A stretch of DNA of 62,138 nucleotides from Burkholderiales bacterium (GTDB lineage: Bacteria; Pseudomonadota; Gammaproteobacteria; Burkholderiales; SG8-39). Every line of letters begins with the position of its first letter. Position 1 is the first letter of the stretch. The translations under genes and the position numbers were made by a program. Of this stretch, positions 56,126 to 62,138 are shown piece by piece. The notes below the pieces were generated by a model. The model was given only the letters and a program-made list of their open reading frames with translations, was not told the DNA's origin and searched no databases. The DNA is taken from positions 1 to 62,138 of the forward strand of contig DATJXO010000051.1 in NCBI GenBank assembly GCA_035500055.1, in the 5' to 3' direction.

Positions 56126-56677
56126 TCAGCGCCGCCGCGCGGCGAGCCTCGCCTCGTAGTCCGCCCAGCGGTACTGCACGCCGCCCTTGCGCTGCCGGCG
56201 CGCGGCGTCCTCCGCGCCCTTGTGCAGGACGCGATGGCACGGGACGGCGAAGGCGAGCCAGCTGCGCGAGCACGAGGCCGCGACCGCGCGAATCGCCCTG
56301 GGCGCGCCGATGGCGGCGGCGATCGCCGTATAGGTCGAGGTCTCGCCGAACGGAATTCCGCGTACCTCGTTCCACACGCGCTTCTGCAGCTCGGTGCCGC
56401 GCAGGTCGAGCGGCAGCGCGAAGCGCCCCAGCGGCAGCGCGATGTAGCGCGCGACCTTCGCGACGACGACCCGCTCGCCCTTTTCGTCGCGAACCAGCTC
56501 CGCCTTCGGAAACCGGCGCCGCAGCTCCTCGACCAGGCGCACGCCCTCGCCGCGCACGATGATCGAGACGATGCCCTTCGGGCTCGAGGCGACGAGCAAC
56601 GCGCCGAGGCGGCATTTGCCCGTGCCGTAGCGGATCTTCTCCGGCGGTCTGCGGCGCAGCGGCCCATCCGTGAACAT
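56126..56677 (-). CDS. ogt: methylated-DNA--protein-cysteine methyltransferase
   Basis: 183 aa with FGETSTYTAIAAAIGAPRAIRAVAAS...VPCHRV (PCHR active site). Confidence 0.8.
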   Translation of the reverse strand: MFTDGPLRRRPPEKIRYGTGKCRLGALLVASSPKGIVSIIVRGEGVRLVEELRRRFPKAELVRDEKGERVVVAKVARYIALPLGRFALPLDLRGTELQKRVWNEVRGIPFGETSTYTAIAAAIGAPRAIRAVAASCSRSWLAFAVPCHRVLHKGAEDAARRQRKGGVQYRWADYEARLAARRR

Positions 56678-56726
56678 GGCGGCGAGGCGGTCAGGGGATT
56701 CCCGGCATGCTAGACTATTCTCAGAT

Positions 56727-56782
56727 AGCGCCGATTTGATGTTCAGCTTGCGGGCGCTCTACAAATCCGGCTAAAGAGACGC
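56727..56782 (+). promoter_or_regulatory. candidate SAM-II-like pseudoknot riboswitch in the metX leader
   Basis: P1 is AGCGCC (56727-32) paired with GGCGCU (56753-58). The loop GAUUUG (56733-38) can pair with the downstream CAAAUC (56762-67). The elements GAUUU, GCUUG, ACAAA and GGCUAAAG resemble the SAM-II (metA element) consensus as I recall it. The 3' strand abuts the AAGAG SD and GTG 56783. metX is a classical SAM-II target. Confidence 0.4.
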
Positions 56783-57919
56783 GTGAGCCAGACCCTCGAT
56801 CCATCTTCCGTCGGTGCCGTAGCGGCGAAGCGCGCCCGCTTCGCGGAGCCTCTGCGCCTGAAGAGCGGCGCAGTGCTGCCGGAGTTCGAGCTCGCCTACG
56901 AGACCTACGGCGAGCTGAACGCCGAGCGCTCGAACGCAGTGCTGGTGTGCCATGCCCTCAACGCCTCGCACCACGTTGCCGGCTTCTACGCCGACCAGCC
57001 GGACAACGTCGGCTGGTGGGACAACATGGTCGGACCGGGCAAGCCGCTCGACACCGGCCGCTTCTTCGTCGTCGGCTCGAACTACATCGGCTCGTGCTTC
57101 GGCTCGACCGGGCCGGCGTCGGTCAACCCGGCGACGGGCAGGCCCTGGGGGGCGGATTTCCCCGTGGTGACCGTCGAGGACTGGGTCGCGGCGCAGGCGC
57201 GGCTCGCCGACCGCCTCGGCATCCAGCGCTTCGCCGCCGTGATGGGCGGGTCGCTCGGCGCGATGCAGGCGCTGCAATGGGCGCTCGACTACCCCGAGCG
57301 CGTGCGCCACTCGATCGTAATTGCCTGCACGCCGCGCCTCTCGGCGCAGAACATCGGCTTCAACGAAGTCGCCCGCCAGGCGATCATGACCGATCCCGAC
57401 TTCCACGGCGGGCACTACTACGACAAGGGCGTGGTGCCGGCGCGCGGGCTGCGCATCGCGCGCATGATCGGGCACATCACGTACCTTTCGGACGACGCCA
57501 TGATGGAGAAGTTCGGGCGCCAGCTGCGGCGCGAGGCGCTCGGCTTCGATTTCGGCACCGACTTCGAGATCGAGTCGTACCTGCGCTACCAGGGCGACAA
57601 GTTCTCCACCTACTTCGACGCCAATACCTACCTGCGCATCACCAAGGCGCTCGACTACTTCGACCCGGCGGCGGATTTCGGCGGCGACCTGTCGAAAGCC
57701 TTCGCGCGCGCCAGGGCCGACTTCCTGGTCGTCTCGTTCACCTCGGACTGGCGCTTCTCGCCCGAGCGCTCGCGCGAAATAGTGCGGGCGCTGCTGGACA
57801 ACAGGCGCGTCGTGTCCTATCTCGAGATCGACGCGCCGCAGGGGCATGACGCGTTCCTGCTCGAGGATCCGCGCTACCACAAGGCGCTGCGCGCCTACTT
57901 CGAGAACATCCCGCTGTGA
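56783..57919 (+). CDS. metX: homoserine O-succinyl/acetyltransferase MetX
   Basis: 378 aa with a GTG start. ...[29 protein letters not shown]...[12 protein letters not shown] (GxSxG)...HDAFLLE. Confidence 0.95.
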   Translation: MSQTLDPSSVGAVAAKRARFAEPLRLKSGAVLPEFELAYETYGELNAERSNAVLVCHALNASHHVAGFYADQPDNVGWWDNMVGPGKPLDTGRFFVVGSNYIGSCFGSTGPASVNPATGRPWGADFPVVTVEDWVAAQARLADRLGIQRFAAVMGGSLGAMQALQWALDYPERVRHSIVIACTPRLSAQNIGFNEVARQAIMTDPDFHGGHYYDKGVVPARGLRIARMIGHITYLSDDAMMEKFGRQLRREALGFDFGTDFEIESYLRYQGDKFSTYFDANTYLRITKALDYFDPAADFGGDLSKAFARARADFLVVSFTSDWRFSPERSREIVRALLDNRRVVSYLEIDAPQGHDAFLLEDPRYHKALRAYFENIPL

Positions 57920-58491
57920 CCGAGGCCGACACCATCCTGCGCTGGGTGGCCCCGGGCTGCCGCGTGCTCGACCTCGGCTGCGGCGACGGCTCGCTGCTGA
58001 AGCGCCTCTGGAGCGAGCGCCAGGTGCCGGGCTACGGCGTCGAGATCGACGACGCGCACGTGCTCGAGTGCCTGAGGAACGACGTCAACGTGCTGCAGAT
58101 GGACCTCGAGGACGGCCTCGCCGCGTTCGCCGACCGCTCCTTCGACGTCGCCATCCTCTCAGAGACGCTGCAGGCGATCCACCGCCAGGAGCCGCTGCTC
58201 AAGGAGATGCTGCGCGTGGCGCGGGAGGCGATCGTGTCCTTCCCCAACTTCGGCTACTGGCGCGCGCGCATCCAGATCGCGCTCTCGGGCCACATGCCGG
58301 TCTCGAAGGAGCTGCCGTATCAGTGGTACGACACGCCCAACGTCCACCACTGCACGCTGGTCGACTTCGAGGCGCTGTGCGCGAGGCTCGGCTTCAGGAT
58401 CCTCGAGCGCGCGGTGCTCACCGGCGGCCGCCCGGTCGGCACGCTGCCGAACCTCCTCGGCGCCATCGCCGCCTACCGCGTCAGCGCCTGA
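57916..58491 (+). CDS. metW: methionine biosynthesis protein MetW
   Basis: 191 aa. GTGA overlap with met[16 protein letters not shown]-fold motif and FPNFGYWR...[15 protein letters not shown], typical of MetW. Confidence 0.9.
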   Translation: MTEADTILRWVAPGCRVLDLGCGDGSLLKRLWSERQVPGYGVEIDDAHVLECLRNDVNVLQMDLEDGLAAFADRSFDVAILSETLQAIHRQEPLLKEMLRVAREAIVSFPNFGYWRARIQIALSGHMPVSKELPYQWYDTPNVHHCTLVDFEALCARLGFRILERAVLTGGRPVGTLPNLLGAIAAYRVSA

Positions 58492-58495
58492 GGCC

Positions 58496-58882
58496 GTGGC
58501 GATTGCCGTCGTGAGGCTGGGAACCCGCCGCCTGCCCGGAGAGGGGCTGCGGATCGGCACGGTGCGCCGCCCGCCGCGCGGCGTGCCGAAGGCGAGGTTC
58601 GCCTCCGGCAACTGGTACGACGTCTGGCTGCCGGACCTGTCGCCCGGCGAAGCGACGGTCAAGCTCGGGCAGAAGGCGCAGACCGACGCCGAGTGGAAGG
58701 CGTTCGCCAGGCGCTACGAGAAGGAGATGAAGGGCGCGGTGGCGAGCCGGCTGCTCGACCTGCTGGCGGCGCTTTCCCACGGCACCGAGTTGTCCGTCGG
58801 CTGCTACTGCGAGGACGAGTCGCGCTGCCACCGCTCGATCCTGCGGCGGCTGCTGAAGGACCGCGGCGCGAAGCTCGCATGA
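58496..58882 (+). CDS. DUF488 domain protein
   Basis: 128 aa with a GTG start. ...LSVGCYCEDESRCHRSILRRLL, the characteristic DUF488 C-x-C...CHR motif. Confidence 0.75.
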   Translation: MAIAVVRLGTRRLPGEGLRIGTVRRPPRGVPKARFASGNWYDVWLPDLSPGEATVKLGQKAQTDAEWKAFARRYEKEMKGAVASRLLDLLAALSHGTELSVGCYCEDESRCHRSILRRLLKDRGAKLA

Positions 58883-59670
58883 TCGTCTCCATCGCCGGCA
58901 CGGACGTGCACGTCGACGGCGACGAAGCGGCGTCGGCGATCGTGATGGTGCACGGCTGGCCGGACACGTATCGGCTGTGGGACGCGCAGGTCGAGTTCCT
59001 CAAGGCCGGGTACCGCTGCATCCGCTTCACCCTGCCCGGCTTCGACGAAACGCGGCCGCGCCGCGCCTACACCGTGGACGAGGTCACGGGGCTGCTGCGG
59101 CAGGTGATCGTGCACCTCAGCCCGGGCCGTCGCGTGACGCTCATGCTGCACGACTGGGGCTGCATCTACGGCTACGAGTTCTACATGCGCCACCCGGAGC
59201 TCGTCGCCCGCATCGTCGGCGTGGACATCGGCGACGTGCGCGGGCTGCGGCAGGCGCTCGGGGCGCGCGAAAAGCTCTACATCCTCGCCTATCAGGTGTG
59301 GCTCGCCCTGGCGTGGAAGATCGGCGGGCGGTTGGGCGACTGGATGACGCGCCGGATGGCGCGCTGGGTCCGGGCCCGCTCGGACCCGCGCTTCGTCAGC
59401 TCGCGGATGAATTACCCGTACTACCTAACGTGGTTCGGCGGCAGCCAGTCGTTCGGCCGGCAGACCCGGCGCTTCCAACCGTCCTGCCCCATGCTCTTCA
59501 TCTACGGTGAGCGCAAGCTCTTCATGTTCCACGCCAGCGATTGGGTCGAAGCGTTGAACCGGCGCCCCGGGAGCAAGGCGGTCGGCTTCGATACCGGCCA
59601 CTGGGTGATGCTGCAGCGCGCCGAGCGCTTCAATCAGGTGGCGGGCGAGTGGCTCGCGGGGGCGCCCTAG
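58879..59670 (+). CDS. alpha/beta hydrolase fold protein
   Basis: 263 aa from ATG 58879 (ATGA overlap). VMVHGWPDTYRLWD, like the epoxide-hydrolase type HGWP motif, and the nucleophile region LMLHDWGC. Confidence 0.75.
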   Translation: MIVSIAGTDVHVDGDEAASAIVMVHGWPDTYRLWDAQVEFLKAGYRCIRFTLPGFDETRPRRAYTVDEVTGLLRQVIVHLSPGRRVTLMLHDWGCIYGYEFYMRHPELVARIVGVDIGDVRGLRQALGAREKLYILAYQVWLALAWKIGGRLGDWMTRRMARWVRARSDPRFVSSRMNYPYYLTWFGGSQSFGRQTRRFQPSCPMLFIYGERKLFMFHASDWVEALNRRPGSKAVGFDTGHWVMLQRAERFNQVAGEWLAGAP

Positions 59671-60983
59671 GCGCCTTCCTTCCCTGCGGAGCCGAGCGGC
59701 AGGTCGGCGAGCCCCGAGCGCACCATGAACTGGAACAGGAAGATGCCCGGCAGCGCGACCACGGTCGTCAGCAGATAGAAGTTCACATAGCCCATCTCGC
59801 CGATCAGGGCGCCCGCGGTGGTGCCGCTGAGGAAGCGCCCGGCGACGCTCGCCAGCGCCGAGAGCAGCGCGTACTGGCTGGCGGTGAAGCGCAGGTTGCA
59901 CAGCGCCGAGAGGTACGCGACCACGGTCACGCCGCCGACGCCGCTGGCGAAGTTCTCGAAGCCCACCGCCGCGGCCATGCCGGCGTTGGTGTGGCCGGCG
60001 AGCGCGAGGCCCGCGAAGCCGAGGTTGGAGACGGCCATGAGCACCAGGCTCACCATCACCGAACGCTTCATGCCCTGGCGCTCGTAGAGCACGCCGCCTA
60101 CGAAAATCCCCGCCAGCAGCGCCGCGAAGCCGACGCCGACATCGTAGTAGGCGATCTCGTCGTTGCTGAAGCCGAGGTCCTGGAACAGCAGCCGCAGCGT
60201 CAGGTTGGCGAGCGTGTCGCCGATTTTGTGGATCAGCACGAACAGCATGACGACGAGCGCCCCCTGGCGCCGCACGAATTCGGTGAGCGGCGCGAAATAG
60301 GCGGCCAGCGCCTCGAGCGGCCCGCGCCGCGGCGCCGGCTCGCGGTGCCGCGCGGGCTCGCCCGCGAACAGGCCGACCAGCAGGGCCGGCAGCGCGAACA
60401 CGGTGCACGCGAGGTACGCGGCGAGCCACCCGAGGCGCGCCGCGACCACCAGCGCCAGCGCGCCAGCCGCGGCCGAGCCGATGCGCCAGCCGTACTGCGA
60501 CATTCCCGATCCGATCCCGAGCTGCTGGGGCTCGAGCAGCTCGATGCGGTAGGCGTCGATGATGATGTCGAACGTGGCCCCGGCGATCCCGACCGCGACC
60601 GCAGCGATCACGGCCCCGGGCAGGGACTGGCCCGGGTCCGCGGCGCCGAGCAGCGCGACCGACGCGGCCACCAGGGCGCCCGCCAGCCAGAGCCAGCTGC
60701 GCCGCTGCCCGAGGCGGCCGCTGAACGGGAGCCGCAGGTTGTCGACCAGCGGCGCCCACAGGAATTTCAGGTTGTACGCGAGGATCGTGAGAGCAAACGC
60801 GGTCACCGTGCTCTTGCTGATGCCGTGCTGCGCGAGCCGGGTCGTCAGCGTCGCGCCGATCATCGCGAACGGGAAGCCGGAAGAAATACCGAGGAGCAGC
60901 GCCGCGACCGGGGCCGGCTCGAGATAGGGGCGGACGCCTTCCGGCAACCGCCCGCGCAGACTGGCGAGCCCGCCGCCGCTCAC
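59667..60983 (-). CDS. ampG: AmpG family muropeptide MFS transporter
   Basis: 438 aa with ...GISSGFPFAMIGATLTTRLA...LKFLWAPLVD...GRRRSWL-type motif (GQRRSWLWL). Confidence 0.85.
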   Translation of the reverse strand: MSGGGLASLRGRLPEGVRPYLEPAPVAALLLGISSGFPFAMIGATLTTRLAQHGISKSTVTAFALTILAYNLKFLWAPLVDNLRLPFSGRLGQRRSWLWLAGALVAASVALLGAADPGQSLPGAVIAAVAVGIAGATFDIIIDAYRIELLEPQQLGIGSGMSQYGWRIGSAAAGALALVVAARLGWLAAYLACTVFALPALLVGLFAGEPARHREPAPRRGPLEALAAYFAPLTEFVRRQGALVVMLFVLIHKIGDTLANLTLRLLFQDLGFSNDEIAYYDVGVGFAALLAGIFVGGVLYERQGMKRSVMVSLVLMAVSNLGFAGLALAGHTNAGMAAAVGFENFASGVGGVTVVAYLSALCNLRFTASQYALLSALASVAGRFLSGTTAGALIGEMGYVNFYLLTTVVALPGIFLFQFMVRSGLADLPLGSAGKEGA

Positions 60984-61077
60984 GCCCGATTCGACCCCAT
61001 GCGCGGGGGATTGTAGCGGCAGACTGAAGCCCCGTTGCGGCGGTGCAGTATTCAGGGTACCTTTTCACCCCCGGTTC

Positions 61078-61098
61078 GATCGGCGCCGGGCGCCGATC
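61078..61098. promoter_or_regulatory. 21-bp perfect palindrome GATCGGCGCC-G-GGCGCCGATC
   Basis: 10-bp arms around a single central base, ending 30 nt upstream of the elaB-like ATG in the divergent ampG / elaB-like intergenic region. Confidence 0.35.
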
Positions 61099-61127
61099 CT
61101 CATCCACTCTCGCATTCGGAATCCCCC

Positions 61128-61448
61128 ATGACCACCGAAACCGCCGCATCCGCCGTGAGCAAGGACAAACTGGTCGCCGACCTGAAGCTGCTGATCCACG
61201 ACAGCGAGGAGCTGCTGCGCGCGAGCGCGGGCCAGGCCGGCGAGAAGCTCGCCGCCGCCCGCGAGCGCGTGCAGGCCTCCCTCGGCACCGCCAAGGTGAA
61301 GCTCTCGGAAGCCGAGCGCGCTCTGGCGGAGAAATCCAAGATCGCGGCGCGCGCCACGGACGAGTACGTGCAAGAGCATCCCTGGCAGTCGGTCGGCATC
61401 GCCGCGCTCGCCGGCCTCGCCATCGGCATCCTCATCGGCCGCCGCTAG
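61128..61448 (+). CDS. ElaB/YqjD/DUF883 family membrane-anchored ribosome-binding protein
   Basis: 106 aa from ATG 61128 with a coiled N-terminal part and the C-terminal anchor EHPWQSVGIAALAGLAIGILIGRR, typical of the family. Confidence 0.8.
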   Translation: MTTETAASAVSKDKLVADLKLLIHDSEELLRASAGQAGEKLAAARERVQASLGTAKVKLSEAERALAEKSKIAARATDEYVQEHPWQSVGIAALAGLAIGILIGRR

Positions 61449-61452
61449 CGCG

Positions 61453-61857
61453 ATGCCGCCGGCCGGACCGGCGGGCGATCGCGCCCCGCGCTCGCCGCTG
61501 CGCGGCCTGCTTCGCACGCTCCTCGAATATGCGCAGACCCGAACCCGCATCGCGGCGAGCGAGCTCGAGGAGCAGCTGCTCCGCTTTCTCGAGATCGCGC
61601 TCTGGTCGCTCGCGGCGCTGTTCTTTCTCGGCCTCGCCCTGGTCTTCGCCTCGGTGCTGATCGTGCTGGCGGCCTGGGACTCGAGCCGGCTGCTCGCCGC
61701 CGGCCTGCTGACGCTGGTCTATCTCGGCGCGGGTGCCGGCGCGGTGCTGTTCGCGCGGCGGCGGCTCGCCGAGCGCCCGCCGCTCTTCGGCGCCACGCTC
61801 GCGGAGCTGGAGAAGGACCGCGAGCGCTTCGGCGGCAGCCCGCCGCGCGAGCCGTGA
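61453..61857 (+). CDS. YqjE-like (DUF1469 / holin-like) membrane protein
   Basis: 134 aa with two TM helices. It follows the elaB-like gene by 4 nt, as in yqjD-yqjE-yqjK clusters. Confidence 0.65.
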   Translation: MPPAGPAGDRAPRSPLRGLLRTLLEYAQTRTRIAASELEEQLLRFLEIALWSLAALFFLGLALVFASVLIVLAAWDSSRLLAAGLLTLVYLGAGAGAVLFARRRLAERPPLFGATLAELEKDRERFGGSPPREP

Positions 61858-62120
61858 TCCGGGAGCGCCTGCTCGAGATACGCGAGCGCCGCGCGGCGCT
61901 CTCCCTGCGCGCGGCCGAGGAGCGGGCACGCGTCGGGGCGCTGCTGCAGCGCTCCGAGCAGGTCGAGCGCTGGGTCGGGCTCGGCATGGACCTCGGCCGC
62001 GCGATGCGGCGCCGGCCGTGGTGGATCGCGATCGCGGTCGCGACGCTCGCCGCGCTGCGCCCGCGGCGCGTGCTGCGCTGGGCCGCGAGCGGCTGGTCGC
62101 TGTGGCAGATCTACCGGCGC
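61854..62120 (+). CDS. YqjK-like protein, partial (truncated by the contig end / poly-G)
   Basis: GTG 61854 (GTGA overlap). VIRERLLEIRERRAALSLRAAEERARVGALLQRSEQVERWVGLG...RRPWWIAIAVATLAAL.... No stop before the poly-G tail. Confidence 0.55.
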
Positions 62121-62138
62121 GGGGGGGGGGGGGGGGGG
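62121..62138. other. 18-nt poly-G run at the contig end (probable sequencing/assembly artefact)
   Basis: Uninterrupted G18 terminates the window and interrupts an ORF. Confidence 0.8.

Noticed and set aside
1-62138. I looked for CRISPR arrays, IS elements, rRNA genes, toxin-antitoxin pairs and known defence cassettes.
   Set aside because: No regularly spaced direct repeats, transposase or integrase-like translations, or rRNA-like segments were seen in any intergenic or coding region. The intergenic regions are short. The longest are about 200 nt (46207-46404) and about 160 nt (7644-7805).

Overview
This is a 62.1-kb, very GC-rich, gene-dense chromosomal segment. By eye GC is about 70 percent and third codon positions are almost all G/C. 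Gene content and order look beta-proteobacterial, probably Burkholderiales-like: ahcY behind an SAH riboswitch, a Bug/TctC-type binding protein, leuS-lptE-holA-proA-nadD-rsfS-rlmH-maf-rng, gshB followed by an EIIA(Man)-HPr-EI regulatory PTS, metX-metW, and ampG. I support about 60 protein-coding genes, one tRNA-Arg(CCG), one confident SAH riboswitch with a terminator expression platform, one possible SAM-II-like leader before metX, and a few hairpins and palindromes. I found no CRISPR array, transposase, integrase, prophage or recognisable defence cassette, so most of the window is ordinary housekeeping DNA. Most long alternate-frame ORFs in the track are Arg/Ala/Gly/Pro-rich artefacts of the high GC content. 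Six loci deserve a second look. (1) A Cro/YdaS-like HTH module reads in frame into a class-V aminotransferase. (2) Directly downstream lies an orphan 1176-aa secreted MshQ-like protein with two tandem N-terminal modules. (3) A roughly 0.6-kb low-GC islet carries a single 162-aa ORF. (4) A KPR/ApbA-like reductase gene overlaps a divergent MTHFR-fold gene in the SAH-riboswitch operon. (5) A translationally coupled GT2-DedA-GT-C envelope glycosylation cassette runs to the left window edge. (6) Cca and RlmH are both shortened. All family assignments rest on motif-level reading of the translations. No database search was run.
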